64,000 nucleotides of DNA, taken from contig OX597822.1 in NCBI GenBank assembly GCA_951406725.2, forward strand, positions 105,772,001 to 105,836,000, in the 5' to 3' direction. Below, piece by piece: positions 38,930-52,661 of the stretch. This DNA comes from Octopus vulgaris (Eukaryota). The notes beneath the pieces were generated by a model. That model saw only the letters and a program-made list of their open reading frames with translations, searched no databases and had not been told where the DNA came from. A program made the position numbers and the translations under genes. Each line of letters starts with the position of its first letter. The stretch's first letter is position 1.

Positions 38930-41710
38930 GTTGCTTTAGTTGGTTGGGATGTTGTCTTGAAGTTTGATACCGACAATTCTTCTCAGATCTTAAAGTATCT
39001 TAGCATTTTTGCACAATACAGGATGGTAGTAGGTTATATTATTCAATTCTAATATCCTTCAGTTTCATAAGTAGTAGTTTGCATGTTGTACCAACTGCAA
39101 TAATTACCACTCGGACAACTGTCACCCTTGTCTTCAATAATCTTTTCATCTCAATTTTCTCAATTTCTTTGATATTCACTGTACTATCATACGGAATTGC
39201 AAAATTGATGAACTTACAATTTTTTTTCTTTGGTTCCACGATCATATCTTGTTTTGTTGCTTCAGTTTGTGGTCAGTCTTTAAGAGGAATTCATAAGATC
39301 CTGTAAGTTTCATTCTCTAACAGATTCAGGTTTGAGTTCATATCACTTTCTTTTAATTCTCAAACCACAGAATCGGCTAACATCGCAATGCACTCTTTTA
39401 CTGTACAGTCATGCCTGCACTTATACTCTTTTTGTGCTACCTTACTGTATTCAGTTAAGAAATTATTGCTACTTTCGTCTCCTTACCTGCAGTTTCTACA
39501 TTTTCTCTTTTACTGAGTTTTGTCGGTCCTCGCCTTTATCAGATTCACCCTAATTGCTTGTTCCTAAACAGATATACGTAGCGCGTTGGCCTGTCTGTTA
39601 GCCAGGATTTTGTCTGTTAGCCAACATTTTGTCTGCTAGCCAAGTTTATTTACTTCGAACATCCATAGTTAGTTGCATAAATTGGCTGTGTATTCCATTT
39701 CTTTTTATCTACTTACTCTGTGGTTCTTCCTTCTCCTCTACAATTCTCCTACTGTTTCAGTAACATTTGGGCGCCTATAGTTACCGATATTATTCTTTCT
39801 TCACTCCGTTCAACATAATGTTTCCAACATCGCAGTATTACTGGTGTCTTCCATATTCTGTATTTCGCTACTTCCTTCCTTTATTGATAGGAAAAGTCAG
39901 TCGTTATTACTTTTAGGGTGGTATACGTTGTGCATTGTAAGCAGCTTTCTAATTCTATCCAACTTCTGTAGCTCAGCCTCTGTCCATTTAAATACGTGAG
40001 CAGAAAATCTTAATACTGGCATAACCTATATATATTTATTGTTTTAATGATATTGTCCCCATTGATTTTGTTTCGAACACCTTTCTATTTTTGCTTCCAT
40101 TATCCTATCTTCTTGCAGAATCCCTAAGTATTTGTATCACTCATTATTCCACAGCAATCTGATGATGATGATGATGTCTTATAGTAATTTTCTGTCATCA
40201 GTGTTTATCTTCCTTCTTCTCTTTAATGTTAGCACCGTGCATTTACATACCCCAAACTGCATTCCAATATCCTAGCTGATGGTTTTTTAATGTTCGGATA
40301 AATCAATTCATGCGTTTCTCATTTTTTGTACATAGATGGAGGTTATCCATATAATGCAGGTGATTAATTTTCACCTTGGTTTTGGTAAACTCATATGTAG
40401 ACTTGGGTTTTATCAGTAAACTTGTCAGAGAGGGTAATGCAATGAGGAAGAGTAGTGAAAAGAGCAAGTTACGTTGGAGAATGCCTCTATGTATGTTGGT
40501 GTTACGTTGCGATTCGTTTGAACACGTCAGCTCTATTTGCCGCACTCTCGATTCTTTTTCCCCAAAAACTATTTATCTTTTCATTGACTACCAGATCCCT
40601 GAAACATTCCAAGCTAGCCAGCCAGCAGCAGCTAAATTCATCTTTCTTAATCGTACTTCATTTAAAATCCTACTACCTATATACACGAGCAGTCCCAATT
40701 GCCTTCTTTCTACATCCTTTTTTTCTTATTTTGCTTCCTGGGCAACAAATATTCCTTTTCTGAAAAATTATATTTCACCTGCTATGAGGCCAGCCAAAAA
40801 CTTCCAGAGTAATGGCAAACATCTAATAGATGTTACTGGCTTTCCTTCTCTTTTATTTATCCTACTGTATCATCACTGCCCTTTCTTTGTCATCCATGTT
40901 GCAGTCACTAAAAGCTTGTTGTATACTAAGGAGATTTTTGAGCCAGAATCCCTTAACACCACCTGGTACAGTGGCTTTCCACCTTGGTATTTTCTTGATC
41001 ATCTCTCACTCTTTTTCTTATACGTAATTGTTATATTTTCTTTGCCGGTCCATATTTTATTTCCCATTTAGATTCCTGTAACCATTCAGATTTTATATAA
41101 CGTTGAACTTCTTTGCTCTAGATTTCTGCCCAGAATTTCCTTGATGCTTCTGCATATGGCATATCATTCCTTTGATATTCCGCTTCATTGTGAATGTTTT
41201 TTATAGAATTTTCTCTCGTCGTTCTCATAGAGTCTATTCCGTTGCTACAAATTTGTTCCTTGTTGGTGTTTGTTTTCTTTTTATCTGATAGTTTTTCTTT
41301 TGCCTCAACTTCTCTTTAATTACCTGCAGTCCTTTGTGTTGAATGTATTTTCTTTGCAGCTCTCCCCTTTACTGTCTTCTTGTCTGTGACTGCATTTAAC
41401 CATGAGGTGTACAATTCGGTGTTCAGTTCCTCGTAACCCATATGGGAAGCTGTATTTTGTTTACCTTTACTTTTAATCCTTAGAGTCTACACAGTGACAG
41501 AAATCTTGGCGTATATAAGGTCGTTTTGATCTGTTATGTTTTCACTACAGATTTTCGTTAATGGCTCGTCCTTCATTTTCGTTACTTTACTTAGTTTTCC
41601 TCCTTTGATTCCTATCAGGGTCCGTAGCCTCTTTCTTTCAATATTCCGTGCCTCATTCAGGCGTTTTAATAATTCCCATTCTTCCTCTGTTACAATTTGT
41701 CCGTCCACGA
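38930..41710 (-). mobile_element. R4/Dong-type LINE, ~2.8-kb degenerate copy (RT plus RLE)
   Basis: RT motifs RGILQRNLLFSLLF and INHLHYMDNLHL (ORF 40303-40545), RLE-like FINFAIPYDSTVNIKEIEKIE (39039-39245) and N-terminal region 41487-41710. Confidence 0.85.
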
Positions 41711-41727
41711 AGTAAAAGTTGCCTTCG

Positions 41728-41786
<59 letters not shown>

Positions 41787-41810
41787 GTTGTTGTTGTTAT
41801 TATTATCGTG

Positions 41811-42752
41811 AAGATGCATGGCTCAGTGGTTAGAGCGTCGAGCTTACGATCGTGAGGTTGTGAGATCGAATCCCGGACCGGGGTGCGTGTTGTGTTCTTG
41901 AGCAAGGCACTTTATTTCACGTTGCTCCAGTTAACTCAGCTGTAGAAATAAGTTGCGACGTCACAGGTGCCAAGCTGTATCGACCCCTTTGTCTTTCCCT
42001 TGGATAACACTGGTGGTGTGGAGAGGGGAGGCCGGTATACATGGGCGGCGAGCTGGCAGAGACGTTAGCACCTCGGGCGAAAGGCTTAGCGGTATTTCGC
42101 CTGTCGTTACGTTCTGAGTTCAAATTCCGCCGAGGTCGACTTTGCCTTTCATCCTTTCAAAGGCGGCGAGCTGGCAGAGACGTTAGCACCTCGGGCGAAA
42201 AGCTTAGCGGTATTTCGCCCTGAAAAGGTGGTGAGCTGGCAGAATCGTTAGCACGCTGGACGAAATGCACAGCCATATTTTGTCTGCCGCTACGTTCTGG
42301 GTTCAAATTCCGCCGAGGTCGACTTTGCCTTTCATCCTTTCGGGGTCGATTAAATAAGTACCATTTACGCACTGGGGTCGATATAATCGACTTAATCCGT
42401 TTGTCTATCCTTGTTTGTCCTCTCTGTGTTTAGCCCCTTGTGGGTAGTAAAGAAATAGGTATTTCGCCTGTCGTTACGTTCTGAGTTCAAATCCGCCGAG
42501 GTCGACTTTGCCTTTCATCCTTTCGGGGTAGATAAATTAAGTACCAGTTACGCACTGGGGTCGACGTAATCGACTTAATACCTATGTCTGTCTTTGTTTG
42601 TCCCCTCTGTGTTTGGCTCCTTGTGGGTAATAAAGAAATAGGTATACATGGGCGACTGCTGGTCTTCCATAAACAACCTTGCCCGGACTTGTGCTTGGGA
42701 GGATAACTTTCTAGGTGCAATCCCACGGTCTGTGTCATGACCGAAGGGGCTC
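41811..42752 (+). mobile_element. SINE C interrupted by nested SINE B copies (42045-42640)
   Basis: C halves at 41811-42044 and 42640-42752, with ggtatacatgggcg duplicated on both sides of the B block. Confidence 0.88.
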
Positions 42753-42768
42753 TTAGAACTATTATTGC

Positions 42769-42805
<37 letters not shown>

Positions 42806-44212
42806 GTTGTTGTTGTTGTTGTTGTTGTCGTTATTATTATTATTATTATTATTATTCACTGCATTATTCGTAGCTCAATTGCTCTTGTAGTTTGAGAATA
42901 CTACGAATTCTAAACTCGAATGCTAATATAATCACGTTATTTCGAGGAGATGCAACACAATATTTCAGTATTTATGAAATGTCAGAGCGATTCTTACCTG
43001 ATGTATTTGTTGACAGCGGGATATTATTCATACATAGATCAGAGTTAGTTTCCATTATTATACAGATATCCTTTATTTATAAAATTTGTATCAAAATATT
43101 CAAATTCATAATTTTTTTTTTTGTGTGTAAGGTGTTGATAACTATTGTGTGATTACGTGTCTGTTGTCACCGCAAGGAAAGACAGAGACAGACAGACAGA
43201 CAAACGTCAGGTATTGTCATCTATGCTGATTGTTTGTGGTTCAGATGTGGTGAGAAAGTAGTAGCGTATTTGGCAGACAGACGCACAGCTGAATGTCTCT
43301 TATTTGCTTCATGGTGTTCCATTATTTATGTGTAAACGTTAAAGAGTAAACCAAAAGCAATGCCGGTGGTATGAAACCTGCAGAGAAAAATACATAAATG
43401 AATGCCAGTGATTACTGTTTCAATTGCAGAATTCTGTGTTGTCGGGGAAGCAAACATTAGAAATAAATGAGATGTAGATACAGGATTCTTTTGCATTTAT
43501 CAACCTATATCTCAAAGATTATCCTTGAGTTGAAAGCCTTACAGTCTCAGATGAACTTTTACTATGAAAGCTTTCAACTAATGGTTTCTTATATACAGGA
43601 TATTTGATCCAAGTTGCAATAGATTAGGTTCAACTGTTCTACTGGAAATCGATATATTAGACAGATTAGGCTTATTCACAGGATATTGTTTCAGATGTCC
43701 AAAAATAACAACAACAAAAAAATAATAATAAATAAAATAAACAAAATAAATAAAAATAGAAAATGGACGTGTCGTGGTATCTTATTGCGTTATTGGACTA
43801 TTACAGTTTCTGATCTCACATTTAACTCCCTTAGATTTTCTTGATTAGTTCTGCTTCGGAAAATCGTTCATCTACACATGTTGCGTAAAGACACCAGCCA
43901 TTCAGACAGATTGCTTTTGTTACATTGTGAAAGAAAGGGAAGAGAATGATTGCTATTTTAAAATTAAATACACACTTAGGACAGGCTATATATATACAGA
44001 CAGCAAGTAAATCGCCAGGAGTACTGCGAAATGATGTTAAATGAAAATAAAATATTCTTATAGTTAAAGAAATGTAGAGAATTACATAGTGAGTAATAAA
44101 GATTGATCATTCCATCCCTCTGTCGCTTTGTCTCTCCTTTCTCTCCTTCTTCTCTCTCCCTCTCTCATCCTACATATGTGTGTGTGTGTGCGTGTGTGTA
44201 TATAACATTTCG

Positions 44213-44253
<41 letters not shown>

Positions 44254-44497
44254 TAATAACGGTAAGATAACAAAAGAAAGAAAGAGACCTCAATATTATG
44301 TAAATAGAGGAATTCATCTGTAAAAATAATATGTGGCAATTACTCGGTAGCCAAGATAAAACTCACACCAAGAAATCCACACCACCATCTCTTCAGTTAT
44401 CTGTTGAGATGGTGGTGTAGATTTCCACCTCGGCATCCGAAACTCAGAGTTCTATCTTTGCTACCGAGTAATTGTCACATATTATTTTTACAGATAT

Positions 44498-44597
44498 NNN
44501 NNNNNNNNNNNNNNNNNNNNNNNNNNNNNNNNNNNNNNNNNNNNNNNNNNNNNNNNNNNNNNNNNNNNNNNNNNNNNNNNNNNNNNNNNNNNNNNNN
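44498..44597. other. Assembly gap (100 N)
   Basis: Run of N. Confidence 1.
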
Positions 44598-44640
44598 TGT
44601 ATATACAGAGAGATAAAGAGAGAGAGAGAGATCCACAGAC

Positions 44641-44687
<47 letters not shown>

Positions 44688-45049
44688 GTGCGAGAGAGAG
44701 AGAGAGACACACACGCACACGCACAATGCTTAGATATTTCAAATCGTATAGATTCCTCTCACGTGAAAATATTCTTGCCATTTTACGACTCTTCCCAGTT
44801 TTTACTGTTGTGCAGCGGTGGAATCAACCATTAAATGCCTGTTTCTCTAAGTGGTCCATTTCCACAACACGAGACAATGCTTATATTACCTAAAACATTG
44901 AAGATTTTGCATCCGAAAACCTAATTTTCTTCGAGATTGCATATAAGCTTTAGTTAATATGATTACGTATGTACGGTAAAATTCATTGGAATTTTTCTTC
45001 TCTAAAATTTTAATTGTGTAAATTGCAGAATAAAAACATGCATAATCTA

Positions 45050-45272
45050 TACTCTTTACTCTTTTAATTTTTCAGTCATTTGACTGCGGCCATGCTGAAA
45101 CACCGCCTTTAGTCGAGCAAATCGACCCCAGAACTTATTTTTTGTAAGCCTACTACGTATTCTATCGGTCTCTTTTGCCGAACTGCTAGTTACGTGAACG
45201 TAAACACACCAGCATCGTTTGTCAAGCGATGTTGGGGAGATAAACACAGACACACAAACATATACACACACA

Positions 45273-45312
<40 letters not shown>

Positions 45313-45480
45313 TAAAACGAGCTTCTTTCAGTTTCCGTCTACCAAATCTACTCGCAAGGCTTTGGTCGGCCCCAGGCTATAGTAGAAGACACTTGTCCAA
45401 TGTGTCACACAGTGGGACTGAATCCGAGACCATGTGGTTGGTAAGCAAGCTACTTACCACACAGCCACTCCTACGCCTAT
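45050..45480 (-). mobile_element. SINE family A, full length
   Basis: Aligns end to end with 2437-2860. Confidence 0.9.
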
Positions 45481-46159
45481 AGTATATTTCTATAAAAGAT
45501 TCCTTGTATATTCTCTATAGCTCTTTCGAATTCACCATATTCTTCGGGATACCAATAAAACCCTTCTTTTAGAAAGTTTTCACACCTTCTATTTGAAATC
45601 CCTCCGGTTTATAACCATTTTACTTATTCTGCGCGTATCTATAAAACGGTGGATTAAATACATTCACACAGATTGTTGTCTCAACGTTCTTAAAGCTATT
45701 CCTAATATTGCTATGAAATCTGTAGTTCTTGGCAATAGGTGTGTGTACTGTAATAGTAGTTCTAACAGTGAATTTCAATACGCATGTATCTTGTGAGTAT
45801 CGATGAAACTGTTCTCTTGTCTACAGCTTATCTCTTTCATGTCGAACCAAAGAACTCCGACCCTAATTGTGAGTGAACATTAAAGACTGATCGTACAACA
45901 TGAAAACAAAACTCTATATGATTTTTCAGACGCCACTGTATACTTGTTCTTACACTTACGACCTGTAACACTCTGCCATAACTATTAAAAGCTTGGCTGA
46001 CGTAATCGTTATCTATTAAATGAATTAGCTACGCCAACAATAATACAGCGGATAATAGGATGCGAAACGCTAACCCTTTGCGTGGGAGTTCAGTATCTTA
46101 TAACATGTCCAAATGTTCCAAATGATTTATAAATCAATCCGTTTGAGAAACATATATTC

Positions 46160-46276
<117 letters not shown>

Positions 46277-46312
46277 ACAATAATAATTATTATTATCACG
46301 AAGTTGTATAGG

Positions 46313-46702
46313 TAAGCACAGAAGTGGCTGTATGGTAATTATCTTGCTTACCAACAACATGGTTCCGGGTTCAGTCCTTGTGCATCGTAACTAGGGCAAG
46401 AGTCCTCTATTTTAGCCTCAGGTCGACCAAAATCTTGAGTGAATTTGGTAGATGGAAACTCAAAGAAGCCCGTCGTATGTATATGTATGTATGATTGCTT
46501 GTGTTTTTGTGTCTGTTCCTCCCCCACCATCGCTTGACAACCGATGTTGCTGCGGTTACATCCCCGTCACTTAGCAGTTCGCCAAAATGAACCCAATAGA
46601 ATAAGTACTAGGCTTACAAAGAATAAGTTCTGGGGTCGATTTGTTCAACTAAAGGCGGTGCTCCAGCATGGCCGCAATCAAATGACTGAAACGAGTAAAA
46701 GA
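46313..46702 (+). mobile_element. SINE family A
   Basis: Head gtggctgtatggta..gggttcagtcc and tail ggcggtgctccagcatggccgcaatcaaatgactgaaac. Confidence 0.88.
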
Positions 46703-46761
46703 ATAGATAGATAGATAGATAGACAGATAGACAGATAGACAGATATATAGATAGATAGATC

Positions 46762-46805
<44 letters not shown>

Positions 46806-46806
<1 letters not shown>

Positions 46807-47080
46807 GTTTCTTTATTGGCCACGCAGGGCTGCACACAGATGGGACAAGTTACAAGGTAGAGCTTTTCTTTTGGGGGATGAAGAGAACAAAAAACAAAAG
46901 AAAAAAAAGGGGGGTGGCGTAGGTTTCCGATCAAGAGGAATCGTAAAAGGGAAGAAAAGAACAAAACAAAAAAAAATTGAATAAAATAAAAAGAATAAAA
47001 AGAAAAAAAAAGAAAAGGAAAAGGAACAAAAGGAAAGAGAAATGAAAAAAGAAGAAAAAAGGGAGAAAAAAAGAAAGAAA
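46806..47080 (-). mobile_element. Tx1-type LINE 3' UTR fragment abutting (GATA)n
   Basis: ttctttattggccacgcagggctgcacacagatgggacaa matches 14147-14187. Confidence 0.7.
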
Positions 47081-47126
47081 TATATACACTTATACGTATA
47101 GCCAGATATATGTTTGTATGTATATA

Positions 47127-47339
47127 CGAGGGGTTACTGAAAAGCTCCCGGCTTTGGGTAAAAGAGATCACAGGAGGATCAGTTATGATTTTATTTAACA
47201 TGTTCCCCTCCCAGATTCACACACCTATGGCAGCAGCCCTTCAGTTTTTCAAAACCTTGTAAAAGAACTCGGAATTTTGGGTCACCAGCCAGGCCTTTTG
47301 TGACATCCATAACGCCAAGAACTTGTCAACGCCCCATCG
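47127..47339. mobile_element. Mariner-type MITE
   Basis: TA-flanked, with imperfect TIRs cgaggggttactgaaaagctcccggc / gccaagaacttgtcaacgccccatcg. Confidence 0.75.
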
Positions 47340-48067
47340 TATGTATGCCGTTCAGCATATATGTCTTGTCTTTATTTCAGTTGCATCTGAAACCGATGTG
47401 GCTGAAAATTATTTAAATTCCGAAAAAAATATCTGTTTTGACAACGGTTAATGATTGTATTTAATTATATAAATATGAATATGTGATGAGATTACTTAAA
47501 ATAATTCATCTTCAAATTTTAATGAGATAGCTCTCGTTTTAAATCCTCTACTCGGCTATACTTTCAACAACATTATTAAGAAACCCACTTAAATAATCTA
47601 ATATTTAACGTTCATAACTAAATAAATTAATTGAGTTTTATGTTAACGATGGATTTATCGGTAACCTAAAAGCTATAAATGATGTCTTACTGGATTGAAA
47701 ACATGCATCAAATCTCATACACCCATTAAGAATCGCAGGAACAACCTACGTCACACTTAACGATAGCAAACATATATACGATGGAGATTTATTATTCATG
47801 AGACGTAGGAGGCGAATATATATATTTTATAATTAATGCATTAAATCTGTTTTAACTTTTAGAACTTCAAATATTATACAATGGATAACCCACTATACTT
47901 CGCTTAATTATTTATATAAAACTGTATAATATTAAGTCGTAATTGCGCTGACATTAATCAAGCGCTACTCATCTATATCTCTAAATATTGCGTATATATT
48001 TATGTTTGTACAAATTTTCTCTTACCTCTCTCTTTCTTTTCCACACCTTCACACACACAAACAAATA

Positions 48068-48107
<40 letters not shown>

Positions 48108-48301
48108 TATATATAAAGTTGTGGCGAAAGAGTAGAGCAGGGTTCGCCGCCACCCCCTGCCGGAAACTCATGAAGCTTTAGGTGTTTTTTTCGCTCAATA
48201 AACACTCACAACGCCCGGTCTGGGATGGAAAGCGCGATCCTACGACCACGAGTCCGCTGCCCTAACTACTGGGCCATTGCACCTCCACATATATGTTTAT
48301 A

Positions 48302-48367
<66 letters not shown>

Positions 48368-48413
48368 CATACATACATATATATACATACATACATATAT
48401 ATAAACATATATG

Positions 48414-48720
48414 TGGAGGTGCAATGGCCCAGTGGTTAGGGCAGCGGACTCGTGGTCGTAGGATCGCGCTTTCCATCCCAGACCGGGCGTTGTGAGTGTT
48501 TATTGAGCGAAAAAAACACCTAAAGCTTCATGAGTTTCCGGCAGGGGGTGGCGGCGAACCCTGCTCTACTCTTTCGCCACAACTTTCTCTCATTCTGTCT
48601 TCTGTTGGCCTGCTCGCTTAGCCAGCGGGGTGGCGTCATTTGAGGGCTAAAAACAATGCGAAGCGCATTGTGACCAGCGATGTGCAGCAGCATCTGATGG
48701 CCTGGTCGGCCACGGTGATA
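48414..48720 (+). mobile_element. SINE: head E + tail T2, with inverted partial duplicate at 48115-48290
   Basis: Head matches 17850 and tail matches 12143-12260. Confidence 0.9.
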
Positions 48721-49832
48721 TATATAAACATACATAAACATATATATGTATAGAGTATTTGATATTGTAATGTAAAGGTAATAGCACCAACACAAACCCC
48801 AACCTCAGTCTGACCTATGCCGTGTGATCAGATGTATGATATATAAATATTATTTCATAAAATATCACATACACCAGATTCATACAAAAACAATATGGCG
48901 ATACGAAACGTGGTCAACCCTGATACACAAAAACTATAAACAGCTGCCATTTTAACTGCTACTGTGTATATATGTATATGTGTGTGTCTGTGTGTGTGCA
49001 TATTTATATTCAATAAATATATATATACATACATATATATATATATATATGTATATATATGTATGTTTTGATAGATAGATACATACATACATACATGCAT
49101 ACATACATAGAAATATAGATGTATATATGTATGGATTTGATGGATCTATGTGCATTTATATTTAGTAAAATACATACACACCCACATATATGTATATATG
49201 CACACATGTATGTACACACATTTCTTTAATCAGAGTGTATGTGCTTAGAATGTTTATACACATAGATATGCACACACATACATACACACACACGCGCATA
49301 CATATACACACCTGAATGAGGCACGTGATCATATGTAGAAACGTAGGTGTGAAGACTTAGGTAAAATTCATAGTTGTTTGATCGAGCGAAACACTACTCA
49401 CTGTATTCTACAGATTCGTATACCTTTAAAGTAATTCTCACGCTTGAAATCTCTGTAACACAATCCGATATGGGTGGACATTTGAATAACACGTATAGTA
49501 TAGTCCACCCGTTTCCACCTACCATATTTCACTCACACTTCATCTGATTTTAATCCTCCTCAGCTTACGTTGCACAGTTGCCCTAACCGGTTTAAATCTC
49601 TTTTCAGCAGTCGATCGATTTTGCAAGTTCCGGTCTAACAGATATTGCAAAAGGGAGTGCTTTATTCCCAGTAGCTGGTTGATATTGGCATCATTATCAT
49701 CAAACCAATCTCTATTATTAATTTTCTTGATTCAGCTCTCAAACACTACACCTGGTCCCTAAAAGTTTCTTAGCAACTAGCAATATTCATATCGTTCCAA
49801 TATTCATATGCACAAGGCCTGAAATTTCAGGG

Positions 49833-50405
49833 AAGGATATCAGTCGATTATATCGACCCACGTACGCAACTGGTACTTACTTTCTCTTCTTTCTCTCTTT
49901 CTCACTCTTTTACATGTATACATAAATCCATCCATACATACATACAATGCATATATCTATCAGGTCATCCCACAAGGATATCAGACGATTATATCGACCC
50001 ACGTGCGCGACTGGTATTTATTTTCTTTCTTTCTCTCTTTCTCACTCTTTTACATGTATACATAAATCCCTCCATACATACATACAATGCATAAATCTAT
50101 CAGGTCATCCCACAAGGATATCAGACGATTATATCGACCCACGTGCGCGACTGGTACTTACTTTCTCTTCTTTCTCTCTTTCTCACTCTTTTACATGTAT
50201 ACATAAATCCATCCATACATACATACAATGCATATATCTATCAGGTCATCCCACAAGGATATCAGACGATTATATCGACCCACGTACGCAACTGGTACTT
50301 ATTTTCTCTTCTTTCTTTCTCTCTTTCTCACTCTTTTACATGTATACATAAATCCATCCATCCATCCATACATACAATGCATATATCTATCAGGTCATCC
50401 CACAA
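49833..50405. repeat. Tandem repeat, ~140-141-bp unit, about 4 copies
   Basis: ggatatcagacgattatatcgacccacgt recurs at about 49835, 49976, 50116 and 50257. Confidence 0.92.
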
Positions 50406-50502
50406 ATTCTGTCCGAATTTTGAATAAAGAAAACAAGTGATCAAATGTTATATTTAATTGAAATTTAATCATCAATCTACATTTCCTGATTACCTATGAA
50501 TA

Positions 50503-50915
50503 CCTTTACTCTTTACTCTTTACTTGTTTCAGTCATTTGACTGCGGCCATGCTGGAGCACCGCCTTTTAGTCGAGCAAATCGACCCCGGGACTTATTTTT
50601 TTGTAAGCCCAGTACTTATTCTATCGGTCTCTTTGACGAACCGCTAAGTGACGGGGACGTAAACACACCAGCATCGGTTGTCAAGCAATGCTAGAGGGAC
50701 AAACACAGACACACAAACATATACACACACACTTATATATATATATACATATATACGACAGGCTTCTTTCAGTTTCCGTCTACCAAATCCACTCACAAGG
50801 CATTGGTCGGCCCGGGGCTATAGCAGAAGACACTTGCCCAAGATGCCACGCAGTGGGACTGAACCCGGAACCATGTGGTTGGTTAGCAAGCTACTTACCA
50901 CACAGCCACTCCTGT
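50503..50915 (-). mobile_element. SINE family A, young full-length copy
   Basis: Intact A and B boxes, with a (ttttactc)n tail on the plus strand. Confidence 0.92.
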
Positions 50916-51532
50916 GAATTCCTTCCACCTATTTACAAACTTTTTAATCCCATCAATGTAAAACTCTTTTGGTTTCAAAGCGAAGAACTCTGAAATATAT
51001 ATGTCTGTATGTATATACAAAACTACTACTATATGACCAGCACTATCGGTATTACGTCTGCTACTATGAAATCTAGAAAATGAAACCTAGAAAACTACAA
51101 TAACACCTACGGCCGTTACTGTGCCTCGAGTATTATTGGACGGCAAATATTATGCTTTGCTAATTGTTTTGGTGCCTCTGTAGTCGCCAACAGACTTACA
51201 CAAACACGCGTAAATACACATTCACTTCCATTCACATGCTTTCTCTATTTCACTCCTCCTTTCTTACTCTCTTTCTCGCTATTTCTCTCTCCCTATCTTA
51301 CTCTCTTTCTCTCTATTTCTCTCAACCTTTCTTTCTCTCTCTGTCTCTTTGTTTGTGACCCACCACCCCACTTATTTCAGCATATAACATATGGAGAAAG
51401 GACAAATAAAAGGCAAAATTGAATGTGGTGAGATTTGATCTTTGAGTGCTAAGTGCCTGAGTAAATATTGCAATGCATTTTATCCAACGCTCTAACGAGC
51501 CAACCATTTAATATCAATAAATATATACACAT

Positions 51533-51782
51533 GTGGAAGCACGTGGCGTAGTGGTTAGGGTGTCAGCATCATGATCGTAAGATTGTGGTTTCGATTCCTG
51601 GACCGGGCGACGCGTTGTGTTCTTGAGCAAAATACTTCATTTCACGTTGCTCGAGTCCACTCAGCTGGTAAAAATGAGTAATACTACGATAGACTGGCAT
51701 TCCATCCAGCTAGGGAACACATACGCCATTGAAACCAGGAAACTAGGTCCATGAGCCTGGCTAGGCTTTAAAAGGGTGCATT
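51533..51782 (+). mobile_element. SINE: head C + tail T3
   Basis: Head gtggcgtagtggttaggg..ggtttcgattcc and tail gactggcattccatccagc..gcctggctaggctttaaaaggg. Confidence 0.88.
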
Positions 51783-52525
51783 TATTTATTTTTTTAAATA
51801 TATACACATACACAATCAGTGATACAAACAGACAGAATACAAACAAAACACTGAACCAATCAGGAAACCGCTTCATGATCGTTCTTCTTTACAATCTTAT
51901 CCCTTTAAAAAGGACACTTTGATTTTGTATTTCTAAAGTAGGATACGATTATTAGTGAAACTCTCTGGCTGATAGATTTCGCATTCCCATAACTGACCAG
52001 GGGCTAAACAGGTCGTTACCTTCCCTCAATCTGGTCGCTACTTTCTCGCAACGATGCGTACGAAAAAGGGTTTCACTATCAAATCCTCCAACGATTTGTC
52101 AACTCCAATAACTACTATAGTGACATCATCACTAACCATAATAAACCTGGCTCTGAATAAATACATTGACTGCTACCCTCTCACACCACCTCTTCTGCAA
52201 GAGATATCACTATCACATCCTCAAATATTGAATTCTCCTGACCCAAATACATTACAACATGACATCAGTTTCAATAGACGTCGCTCTAGACAAAGCAATT
52301 AGTCATACCAACTACTAAATGTACTACCTACGTTCCTCTGAGCAATATCAAAGAATATCAAATTCAGTAACGCAGACACACAATGTAGACTTAGTTATTA
52401 TAAGTACATGTCTATGTTTGTGAATAAATTAGATTATTGAAAACAGAATATTTACTAGAACTTTATTTATTTTTAACGCATCTCTTGAGCAAATTTTGAG
52501 TAAAACTTAGTAACATATACCTATA

Positions 52526-52588
<63 letters not shown>

Positions 52589-52613
52589 CGACGTTTATCG
52601 TTTACATATATAT

Positions 52614-52654
<41 letters not shown>

Positions 52655-52661
<7 letters not shown>

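Noticed and set aside
40376-41071. 231-aa plus-strand ORF
   Set aside because: It is antisense to the degenerate R4-type RT on the minus strand.
49833-50405. Possible CRISPR-like array
   Set aside because: Whole units repeat with no unique spacers, there are no cas genes, and the context is eukaryotic.
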